Of a stretch of DNA of 64,000 nt, positions 55,401 through 62,348 are shown piece by piece. The DNA comes from an uncultured Actinomycetes bacterium (lineage in GTDB: Bacteria > Actinomycetota > Actinomycetes > Streptosporangiales > Streptosporangiaceae): contig CAWCJS010000005.1 in the NCBI GenBank assembly GCA_963795795.1, forward strand, positions 134,011-198,010, in the 5' to 3' direction. The translations under genes were made by a program, and so were the position numbers. Position 1 is the stretch's first letter. Every line of letters starts with the position of its first letter. Under the pieces are notes generated by a model. The model had not been told where the DNA came from and made no database searches. It saw only the letters and a program-made list of their open reading frames with translations.

Positions 55401-56450
55401 GCCGACATCGGCTCACACGAGTTGGCGTTCAGCCCTGGCGGCACACTGCTAGCCAGCGCCGACAACGACGGCACGGTACGGCTGTGGGATCCGGCCACCG
55501 GCCAGCCCGTCCGCACGATCCAGGCGGACACCACCGGTCAGAACACCGGCGTGAATGACGTGGCGTTCAGCCCGGTCGGTGAGCTGCTGGCCAGCGCGGA
55601 CGCCGACGGCACGGTGCGGCTGTGGGATCCGGCCACCGGCCGACTCGTCCGCACCATCCAGGCCTACCTCCCCGCCGACCGTAGTGTCGGCGGAGGAGTG
55701 AGCGAGGTGGCGTTCGGCCCAGGTGGCACGCTGCTGGCCAGCGTCGACTCGGCCGGCTCGGTGCGACTGTGGGATCCGGCCACCGGCCGTCCCGTCCGGA
55801 CGATCGTGGCCTACACGCCCGGCAGCCCGAACTCCTTTGTGGACGGAGCGGCGTTCGGCCCCGGCGGCACGCTGCTGGCCAGTGATGACGGCCCCAACGG
55901 CACGGTGCGGCTGTGGGATCCGGCCACTGGCCGGCTCGCCCGCACAATCCAGGACGACAACTTCGGCGGCCAGAACCCCGGCTTCGCGAACGCGGTGGCG
56001 TTCAGCCCGGTTGGCGACCTGCTGGCCAGTGCCGACGCCGACGGCACGGTGCGGCTGTGGAATCCGGCCACCGGCCGGCTCGTCCGCACCATTCAGGCGG
56101 ACGACACAGGCCAGCAAGGCGTGGACGAACTGGCGTTCAGCCGCGACGGCACGCTACTGGCCAGCGCCGACTCCAATGGCACGGCGGGACTCTGGAACCC
56201 CGTCACCGGCCAGGACATCAGCATGATCCAAGCCGACACCACCGGCCAGAACATCGGCGTAGACGAGGTGGCCTTTAGCCCCGACAGCCAGCTGCTGGCC
56301 AGCCTCGATGGAGACGGCGTAGTGCGGTTGTGGGAAGTAGCGCAATTCACCGATCCTTATCGAGCGCTATGCGCCGACGTCGGTCCGCCAACACCGCAGG
56401 AGTGGAAGCAGTACGCCCCTGGTGAATCGCTGCCCAAGGTCTGCGCTTGA
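52467..56450 (+). CDS. NLR-like STAND protein: N-terminal amyloid-like motif, P-loop NTPase, single TM helix, 14 WD40 repeats
   Basis: The GTG at 52467 follows GGGAGGG. Motif GGYSVDARGGMGVQVGDRNIQINYA (52524-52598). SPYRGLGAFEEQDAPFFYGRE. Walker A GVSGAGKS (52800-52823) and Walker B-like LLLVVDQFEQ. TM helix AVTAVLLALTLTAVITAGIAV (about 54124-54195). 14 units of ..VAFSP.G.LLASAD.DGTVRLWDPATGR.VRTIQAD. Confidence 0.8.
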   Translation: MNSSPENGAEPVQVETGAVGGYSVDARGGMGVQVGDRNIQINYAYNGLTLTDGVAPPPLVSVSGAVDSPYRGLGAFEEQDAPFFYGREEAATHLLERMSGLLDGPGLLVVSGVSGAGKSSLLRAGVLPRIRGAGLAGSPGAASWPCLVFTPGRAPLDELALRVGLLAGADAAAVRRGLDADPGGFALTARQAALASPPLPGGELGGPAARAAGSSAGQRRLLLVVDQFEQVFTQCPDEGQRQAFVTALCAAAGAGPGSGGRTPAALVVLGVRADFEARCANYPELAGAVQDRYLVTAMTERQLRMAITEPAKTAGSRVDEDLVEVLLAEVRARQPGAAGAGVLPLLSHALDQAWRSKTGEILTVADYERTGGIEGAVADSAQRAYDHLTPGQQAAARQVFTRLTAASSDGMDTADRATRAELTEGRNPAGAGDVEAVLEAFAGERLLTLAADSVEISHEVLLTAWPLLRDTWLTETHADRIVRTRLHNVSAEWARQSRDPSYLYGGSLLQAAAETAARTGADPARNPPLSQTERDFLHASDRARRRRARTRHAVTAVLLALTLTAVITAGIAVSNAANAHQQAANAARQAANAARQHAIALSRQLAAESLNIDADYPVTARRLAVAAWRVSPTQQADSAMASLMTEQQEDGILPGGTSYVNALVFSPVGDLLASADADGTVRLWDTATGQSVRTIKADTAGHGADVNGVAFSPDGKLLASADGDGTVRLWDPATGRLVRTIQADTSGVNGVAFSSDGRLLASADYGGLVRLWDPATGRPVRSIRADSSGAQSPIEANGVAFSPGGGMLASADDDGTVRLWDPATGRLVRTIRVGSADVSDGVNVVAFSPNGHLLATGDQLGSAPGLWDPATGRAAALRQGNADSTGNVDGVAFSPVGDLLASVYDDGTVALWDTVTGRPDRTIQPAATGLPPESNGRILPIGNEVAFGPGGTLLATADSDGTVRLWDPATGQPVRTIPADIGSHELAFSPGGTLLASADNDGTVRLWDPATGQPVRTIQADTTGQNTGVNDVAFSPVGELLASADADGTVRLWDPATGRLVRTIQAYLPADRSVGGGVSEVAFGPGGTLLASVDSAGSVRLWDPATGRPVRTIVAYTPGSPNSFVDGAAFGPGGTLLASDDGPNGTVRLWDPATGRLARTIQDDNFGGQNPGFANAVAFSPVGDLLASADADGTVRLWNPATGRLVRTIQADDTGQQGVDELAFSRDGTLLASADSNGTAGLWNPVTGQDISMIQADTTGQNIGVDEVAFSPDSQLLASLDGDGVVRLWEVAQFTDPYRALCADVGPPTPQEWKQYAPGESLPKVCA
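54441..56340 (+). repeat. 14 tandem WD40-coding units with very high internal DNA conservation
   Basis: Near-identical 35-40-nt cores GACGGCACGGT(A/G)CGGCTGTGGGATCCGGCCACCGGCC recur about every 120-150 nt. Confidence 0.85.
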
Positions 56451-56461
56451 GGGCGGGCGCC

Positions 56462-57049
56462 TTACGGGATGCGCAGTCCTGCGATAAGAAGATCGACTAG
56501 GTGGCGGGGGTTGTAGCGGGGGTCGCTGCCTGCCCCCGCGCAGAGACTCCCGACGCCGCGGAGCAGTTCGTAGGGATCCAGGCCAGGGCGGATCTCGCCC
56601 GCTGCAGTGGCAGCCTCGAGGAGTTGTCCGCAGACGGGGACCAGGCGGTCGATGAAGTAGGCGTGCAGCGTCTGGAAGGCGGCGGCGTCGGAACGCAGCA
56701 CTTCCGCTAGACCGTGCTTGGTGACCAGGAAGTCGACGAACATGCCGATCCAGCGGGCCAGCGCATGGTGCGGCTGGTCACAGCCCGCCAGCAGGGCGGG
56801 GCCCGCCTCGGCGCAGGCCTCGACCTGGTGCCGGTAGACGGCGATGATCAGGTCGGCTCGCGTCGGGAAGTGCCGGTAGATCGTGCCGACGCCGACGCCA
56901 GCCTTGGCCGCGATGTCACGCACGGGGGCATTGACGCCGGACTCGACGAAGGCCGCTGCGGCCGCATCCAGCAGGGCGGCCTCGTTCCGGCGGGCATCGG
57001 CCCGCTTCCGCGGCGCCGTCACCTCCGGTGCGACCTGGCCGTCGGCCAC
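56462..57049 (-). CDS. TetR/AcrR-family transcriptional regulator
   Basis: RRNEAALLDAAAAAFVESGVNAPVRDIAAKAGVGVGTIYRHFPTRADL is the TetR HTH. I prefer the GTG at 57049 because the candidate operators lie just upstream of it. Confidence 0.85.
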   Translation of the reverse strand: MADGQVAPEVTAPRKRADARRNEAALLDAAAAAFVESGVNAPVRDIAAKAGVGVGTIYRHFPTRADLIIAVYRHQVEACAEAGPALLAGCDQPHHALARWIGMFVDFLVTKHGLAEVLRSDAAAFQTLHAYFIDRLVPVCGQLLEAATAAGEIRPGLDPYELLRGVGSLCAGAGSDPRYNPRHLVDLLIAGLRIP

Positions 57050-57079
57050 CGCGCAGCTACCTCCATCTCGGCTTGCTAA

Positions 57080-57123
57080 ACGGAACCGAGTTCCGTATCG
57101 TTTCTTATCGGAACACGGTTCCG
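57080..57123. promoter_or_regulatory. two palindromic candidate TetR operators in the divergent tetR/LLM intergenic region
   Basis: ACGGAAC-CGA-GTTCCGT (57080-57096) and CGGAAC-ACG-GTTCCG (57109-57123). Confidence 0.55.
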
Positions 57124-57203
57124 GTTTCATCAGGATGCCAGATGCGGCCCGCCGGCGCCAAGCCGCGGGCCCGCGGGCTCGCCTCACCCTTACGGAGAAC
57201 CCC

Positions 57204-58241
57204 ATGCCGAACGCGCCGCTGCCCAGCTTCGGAATCGCGACCGCCCCCATGCAGGTCTCCTACCAGGACATCCTGCGGGTCTGGCGCGAGGCGGACGCCA
57301 TACCGGAAATCGAGCACGCGTGGCTGTTCGATCACCTCATGCCGATCGGCGGTGACCCGGACGGGCCGATTTTCGAGGGCTGGACGCTGCTGTCGGCGCT
57401 TGCCGCCCAGACGGAGCGGCTACGCCTCGGCGTGCTTGTGACCAGCAACAGGTTCCGGCCGCCCGCGATGCTGGCCAAGATCGCCACGACCGTCGATATC
57501 GTCTCCGGCGGACGGCTCGACTTCGGTATCGGCGCGGGCTCACGCCCCAGCCACCCGATAGCCCGCCGCGAATACGAGGCACACGGGCTGCCCTACCATG
57601 ACTTCCGCCGCTCCGTGGAGGACCTCGCCGAGGCCTGCACGGTCATCCGGCGGCTGTGGACGGAGACCGAGCCTTTCGACTTTCATGGCGCCCACATCGA
57701 TCTCATCGGCGCGTTCGGCAACCCGAAGCCGGTCCAGCACCCGCACCCGCCGATGCTCATCGCCGGACGCTCGGCCGCGGTGCTTCGCGTAGTTGCCGAG
57801 CACGCGGACCTGTGGAATATCGCGGGTGGCGACATCGCCGACGCGAGCCAGCGCAGCGCGCTGCTGGATCGGTACTGCACCGAGATCGGGCGCGATCCCG
57901 ACGCGATTACCCGATCGATCCATCTGTCAGTGTCGTACGACCAGCCCGACATCACGCGGGACGCGATCGGCGAGGCGCTCGACGCCGGCTTCACGCACAT
58001 CACCCTCGGCTTGCCGGCGCGGCCCTATCCCGCCAACGTCGCGCGGTGGGTCGCGGAGGAGCTCATCGCTCAAGTCGATGTAGCAGCCCGCGATGAATGG
58101 AGAAGGTCGCTGCCGGGGGCGGCGGTGTCGAGTTGGCGGATGCCAGTCAACACGGTGGGTCCGGTCGTGCCGATGTCGTGCCACCAGGTGAACGCGACCA
58201 TCCGGTCACCATCTACCCAGGACGGCGCCCCCGGCCAGTAG
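57204..58241 (+). CDS. luciferase-like monooxygenase (LLM class, probably F420-dependent) oxidoreductase
   Basis: FGIATAP...WLFDHLMP...GWTLLSALAAQTERLRLGVLVTSNRFRPPAMLAKIATTVDIVSGGRLDFGIGAG is typical of the LLM family. The last ~55 codons look non-native (see rejected items), so the true 3' end is uncertain. Confidence 0.75.
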   Translation: MPNAPLPSFGIATAPMQVSYQDILRVWREADAIPEIEHAWLFDHLMPIGGDPDGPIFEGWTLLSALAAQTERLRLGVLVTSNRFRPPAMLAKIATTVDIVSGGRLDFGIGAGSRPSHPIARREYEAHGLPYHDFRRSVEDLAEACTVIRRLWTETEPFDFHGAHIDLIGAFGNPKPVQHPHPPMLIAGRSAAVLRVVAEHADLWNIAGGDIADASQRSALLDRYCTEIGRDPDAITRSIHLSVSYDQPDITRDAIGEALDAGFTHITLGLPARPYPANVARWVAEELIAQVDVAARDEWRRSLPGAAVSSWRMPVNTVGPVVPMSCHQVNATIRSPSTQDGAPGQ

Positions 58242-58328
58242 TACCACTCCGGGTTTGCGTCCACGCCCATGAAACGTTCCGCGGCATCGCCGCGTTGCTC
58301 GCGCTCACGGGTTTAGCCTGATTATCTG

Positions 58329-59423
58329 ATGTCTGTCCAGGGCGAAGAGCTGCGCATTCCCGTGGTGTGGAGCCCGGACTGCCTGTTGCACGAGCCTGGT
58401 GGCGAGGTCTGGCTTGGCCTGCGGGAGGTCGGCACCGAGGTGCCGGAGCGGGCGAGGGTGATCCTGCGGGCACTGCGGGACGCTGGTGCTCCCGTGCTGC
58501 CCGCACGCCGACACGAGATCGCGGACCTGCACTCGGTGCATCATCCCGACCTGGTGCGACACCTGGCCAGCATCTGGGCGGACTGGGAGGCGGGCGGGTA
58601 CGTGTCCGAGTACGGGCGCGATCGGGTCGTGCCGTACGTGTTCCCGACCGCGGCGATGCTGGCTGGGCTGCCTGTCAGGGTGCCCGCAGCCGTCCACGGC
58701 CGGGTGGGCCTGTACTGCTACGACACCATGACCCTCGTGGGGCCCGGCAGCTGGGAGGCCATTCGCGCTGCGGCTGACGCCGCGCTCACCGCCGCGGAGC
58801 TTATCGCGGCCGGTGGCCAGGTCAGTTACGCGCTCTGCCGGCCGCCCGGTCACCACGCTGGACCGGATGGCTACGGCGGCTCTTGCTACCTCAACAACGC
58901 GGCGCTGGCCGCTCAGGCGCTGCGGCAGGCCGGCGTCGGCCGGGTGGCGATCATCGACATCGACGCACACCACGGCAACGGGACTCAGGCCATCTTCTAC
59001 GGTCGGCCGGACGTGTATTACGGCAGCGTGCACGTTGACCCCGGGGCGGGGTGGTTCCCGCATTACATGGGTTTCGCGGACGAGCGCGGCTCCGGGCCAG
59101 GGGCCGGGGCCAACCGGAACGTGCCCGTCGCGCCTGGCACCGGTGACGATCGGTGGCTGGAGGGGGTCTCGCAGCTATGCGGGGAGGTCGGGCGACAGGG
59201 CGCGGAAGCGGTTGTGCTGTCACTTGGAGTCGACGCCGCCGCGGCCGACCCGGAGAGTCCGCTGCAGGTGACCGGCGCCGGTTACCGGGCCGCCGGTGAG
59301 CTCATCGGAAGGCTCGGTCCGGTCGTAGCGATTCAGGAAGGCGGGTACGACCTGCCTTCGCTCGGCGAGTACGTGCTCGCCACGCTGGCGGGGGTGCAAT
59401 CGGGGCGGGCAGCCGCCGGTTAA
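58329..59423 (+). CDS. histone deacetylase-family enzyme (acetylpolyamine/acetoin-utilisation amidohydrolase type)
   Basis: CRPPGHHA, YGGSCYLNNAA and IIDIDAHHGNGTQ motifs. Confidence 0.85.
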   Translation: MSVQGEELRIPVVWSPDCLLHEPGGEVWLGLREVGTEVPERARVILRALRDAGAPVLPARRHEIADLHSVHHPDLVRHLASIWADWEAGGYVSEYGRDRVVPYVFPTAAMLAGLPVRVPAAVHGRVGLYCYDTMTLVGPGSWEAIRAAADAALTAAELIAAGGQVSYALCRPPGHHAGPDGYGGSCYLNNAALAAQALRQAGVGRVAIIDIDAHHGNGTQAIFYGRPDVYYGSVHVDPGAGWFPHYMGFADERGSGPGAGANRNVPVAPGTGDDRWLEGVSQLCGEVGRQGAEAVVLSLGVDAAAADPESPLQVTGAGYRAAGELIGRLGPVVAIQEGGYDLPSLGEYVLATLAGVQSGRAAAG

Positions 59424-59504
59424 CTTCCCGGCAGCCAAGGACTATGTCACGGACAGGCGGGGCTGTCTCGTCTCGGGGTTGAGGGTCAATTCCGGGATCA
59501 GGAG

Positions 59505-59891
59505 GTGGTGGCCGTGCGGGTGTTCGTGGCGGGCGGGAGCGGGGCCGTGGGGCGACGGCTGGTGCCTCTGCTCGTGGCCCGGGGTCATCAGGTGACGGCT
59601 ACGGCGAGCGCGACGGTCCTGGCCCTGGAGCAGCAGGCGACCGGCGTGTTCAACATCGTCGACGACGAGCCGGCCCCGGCCAGCGAGTGGCTGCCTTACC
59701 TAGCCGCGTGCGTGGGGGCGAAGCGGCCGCTGCCCATCCCCAAGTGGGTGGCCCGGATACTGGCTGGGGACATGGCGGTGATCATGATGACGGAGGGACG
59801 CGGGTTTTCCAACGCCAAGGCTAAGCGGGAGCTTGGCTGGACACTGCGCTACCCCTCGTGGCGCCTGGGCTTCAAAGAAGAGCTGGCGTGA
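59505..59891 (+). pseudogene. NAD(P)-binding epimerase/dehydratase-like gene with an in-frame internal deletion
   Basis: The Rossmann start VFVAGGSGAVGRRLVPLLVARGHQVTAT is joined directly to a C-terminal end segment (GVFNIVDDEPAPASEWLPYLA...FSNAKAKRELGW). It is 128 aa, whereas about 300 aa is expected for this family. Confidence 0.6.
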
Positions 59892-60811
59892 GCCGGGCCG
59901 AGGAGTTCGAGGAGCTGCGGCCGCTGCTGTTCGCGATCGCCTACCGGATCCTCGGCAGCGTGAGCGAAGCCGAGGACGCGGTCCAGGAGACCTGGCTGCG
60001 CTACCAGGCCTCCCCCACACAACCCACGTCGGCCAAGGCCTTCCTCTCCACGACGGTCACCCGGATCTCCATCGATGTCCTGCGGTCGGCCCGCGTCCGG
60101 CGGGAGGAGTACGTCGGGCAATGGTTCCCTGAACCGCTGCTCACCGACCCGTACCAGGACCCGGAGCGGTCGGCGGAGCTGGCCGACTCGGTGTCGATGG
60201 CGGCGCTGTTGCTGCTCGAGCGGCTCAGCCCGCTCGAGCGGGCGGTGTTCGTGCTGCGGGAGGTATTCGGGTTCGGCTTTCCCGAGATTGCGTCGGCGGT
60301 GGGGCGGTCGGAGGAGGCGTGCCGCCAGCTCGCGGTGCGGGCGCGGCGTCACATGGACGCGGGGCGACCCCGATTCGAGGCCGACCGCCGGGGGCGGGAG
60401 GAACTGGCGGCGCGGTTCTTCGACGCGCTCGCCGAAGGCGACGTCGACGGGCTGCGAGAGCTGCTCGCCGCTGACGTTCAGCTGGTCGGAGACGGCGGCG
60501 GCAAGGCCCCGGCGTTGGCCAGGAGCATTATCGGCGCCGACAAGGTGGCCCAGGTGCTGGCCTCGTTCTTCCCCTGGCTCGTCCGGGTCGAGGTGACGTT
60601 GGAGCAACGCGAGGTGAACGGCCAGCCGGGAGCGATCGTCCGAGACCGGGACGGCAAGGTCCTCAACACCGTGGCGCTTGACGTCCTCGACGGGCAGATC
60701 CAGGCGATCCGTTCGGTGAGTAACCCCGACAAGCTCGGGCACGTGGGCGCGGTGGCGGATGCCTGGGCGGTCCATCGTGAGGTGAATCAGGCTCGGCGGT
60801 CCAAGGATTGA
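59888..60811 (+). CDS. ECF-type RNA polymerase sigma factor with a C-terminal SnoaL/NTF2-like extension (SigJ / ECF41-like)
   Basis: FEELRPLLFAIAYRILGSVSEAEDAVQETWLRY (region 2), LSPLERAVFVLREVFGFGFPEIASAVGRSEEACRQLAVRARR (region 4), then a ~130-aa extension. GTGA overlap with the upstream ORF. Confidence 0.85.
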   Translation: MSRAEEFEELRPLLFAIAYRILGSVSEAEDAVQETWLRYQASPTQPTSAKAFLSTTVTRISIDVLRSARVRREEYVGQWFPEPLLTDPYQDPERSAELADSVSMAALLLLERLSPLERAVFVLREVFGFGFPEIASAVGRSEEACRQLAVRARRHMDAGRPRFEADRRGREELAARFFDALAEGDVDGLRELLAADVQLVGDGGGKAPALARSIIGADKVAQVLASFFPWLVRVEVTLEQREVNGQPGAIVRDRDGKVLNTVALDVLDGQIQAIRSVSNPDKLGHVGAVADAWAVHREVNQARRSKD

Positions 60812-60829
60812 CCGGGCTTAGCATGACGT

Positions 60830-61363
60830 GTGCCGGAAATGCTGAGGCCGGATGACGTGATCGCCGCCGCGGCGGCGGCCCAGGCCGCGCTGCGACCAGT
60901 CGCCGATCGTGACTGGTCGGTCCGGGCTGGACCGCTTGAATGGGACGTCGAGCGGACGATCACGCACATGATCGGCGCTCCCGCGAAGTACACGCTGTAC
61001 CTGGCCAGCCGGTGCGAGCACTTCATCGGCCTGGCCTTGGAGCGCTGGCCGGACGCGACCAACGAGGAGGTCATCGACTCCATCGTGCCGGTGGCCACGG
61101 GGCTCGCGGCCGTGGCCGCGGTCACGCCGCCCGGTGTGCGGGCCTACCACGTGAGCGGCCCGTCGAGCGCAGCCGACTACGTGGGCCGCGCCTGCGTCGA
61201 ACTCCTGGTACATACCGACGACGCGCTCAGCGGTCTGGGCGTGGCCTTCGCGCCGCCCGCGGACCTGTGCCGACGGGTGCTCGCGCAGCAATTCCCGGAA
61301 ACCCCCGCACCGGGTGACGCCTGGCTCGGCCTGCTGGTGGCCAACGGCAGGCCGATCCGCTGA
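60830..61363 (+). CDS. DinB / mycothiol-dependent maleylpyruvate isomerase N-terminal-domain family protein
   Basis: WDVERTITHMIG...LLVHTDDAL is a His-containing helix pattern typical of DinB-fold (TIGR03083-like) proteins. Confidence 0.55.
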   Translation: MPEMLRPDDVIAAAAAAQAALRPVADRDWSVRAGPLEWDVERTITHMIGAPAKYTLYLASRCEHFIGLALERWPDATNEEVIDSIVPVATGLAAVAAVTPPGVRAYHVSGPSSAADYVGRACVELLVHTDDALSGLGVAFAPPADLCRRVLAQQFPETPAPGDAWLGLLVANGRPIR

Positions 61364-61365
61364 CC

Positions 61366-61767
61366 CTAGGGCTGTGGTGAGTTGGCGGGGGCCCAGGGTG
61401 GCAGTTGCTGCAATGACCAGGTGTTGCCGTCGGGGTCGCTGAAGGTGACGAATGAGCCCCACGGCTGCACGTCGACGTCGCTGGCCTGCACGCCGTTCGC
61501 GAGGAGTTGCTGCCGAGCGGCCTCGGCGTCGGCCACCACGCACTGGACGCCCTTCTGCGACCCGGGCGGCATCGTGGTGATCCCGGTGCCGAGCACGATG
61601 GAGCACGCCGACCCGGGCGGGGTGAGCTGCACGAACCGCAACGTATCGCTCACCTGATAATCGTGGTCGGCGTGGAAGCCCACCTGGTCCACGTAGAACG
61701 ACTTGGCGCGGTCCACGTCGGTCACGGGTATCGCCACTAGTTCGATCTTCCAGTCCATGCCCGGCAC
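61366..61767 (-). CDS. VOC (glyoxalase/bleomycin-resistance) family protein
   Basis: IELVAIPVTDVDRAKSFYVDQVGF...PWGSFVTFSDPDGNTWSLQQ. Confidence 0.85.
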   Translation of the reverse strand: MPGMDWKIELVAIPVTDVDRAKSFYVDQVGFHADHDYQVSDTLRFVQLTPPGSACSIVLGTGITTMPPGSQKGVQCVVADAEAARQQLLANGVQASDVDVQPWGSFVTFSDPDGNTWSLQQLPPWAPANSPQP

Positions 61768-61819
61768 GGTATACCAACGCGGGGAAGAGCTGGCGGGGCC
61801 TGCTACGGCAGTTCATCGT

Positions 61820-62347
61820 TCAGTAGTGAAAAGAGCGCCAGGTCGTGCGGGCCGGCGTCTCAATTCCGGCCCGGCGCATGGTGCCCTCCCGGTGGAAGCC
61901 AGCCTTCTCTGCCACCCGGATGGAGGCCAGGTTGGCGGTGTTCGCGGTCAGACAGACGCGCTGGATCCCGCCCGCGGTCAGCGCCCATTTGGCCACGACG
62001 ACTAGCGCCTCGGTCGCGTACCCCTGGCGGCGGGCGCTGCGGCGCACCCCGTAGCCGACCTCGGCCGAGCCGACCTGCCAGTCGGCGTTGAACAGGCCGA
62101 TCGAGCCGACGATCCGGCCGCTAGCCCGGTCCAGCATCATCAGGTGCACCGAGCGGTCACGGTGTCCCAGGTACATGCCGTTCTCGAACCACTGCGCCAG
62201 CTGCTCAGGGCTGGTCGGGGCACCGGGCGGGAGCGCTTCCCCCTCCCCCGCGGCGGCGACTTCACTGGCCAGACCGAGATCGTCCCGGTTGTACTCGCGT
62301 AGCTCCAGTCGATCGGAGTGGATGAGCGGTGACGGGAATGAGCCCAT
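61820..62347 (-). CDS. GNAT-family N-acetyltransferase (RimJ/RimL-like)
   Basis: LELREYNRDDL...EVGYGVRRSARRQGYATEALVVVAKWAL...ANLASIRVAEKAGFHREG. The ATG at 62347 lies 1 nt after the upstream stop. Confidence 0.85.
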   Translation of the reverse strand: MGSFPSPLIHSDRLELREYNRDDLGLASEVAAAGEGEALPPGAPTSPEQLAQWFENGMYLGHRDRSVHLMMLDRASGRIVGSIGLFNADWQVGSAEVGYGVRRSARRQGYATEALVVVAKWALTAGGIQRVCLTANTANLASIRVAEKAGFHREGTMRRAGIETPARTTWRSFHY

Positions 62348-62348
62348 G

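Noticed and set aside
58070-58270. 66-aa minus-strand ORF (…NPEWYYWPGAPSWVDGDRMVAFTWWHDIGTTGPTVLTGIRQLD…) overlapping the 3' end of the LLM gene
   Set aside because: The translation looks like a fragment of an NTF2/SnoaL-like protein and has good GC3. However, it is short, an in-frame stop lies just upstream, and it overlaps the LLM ORF by about 170 nt. It is probably a gene remnant and/or the LLM tail is non-native. I cannot decide without homology searches, so I have not annotated it.
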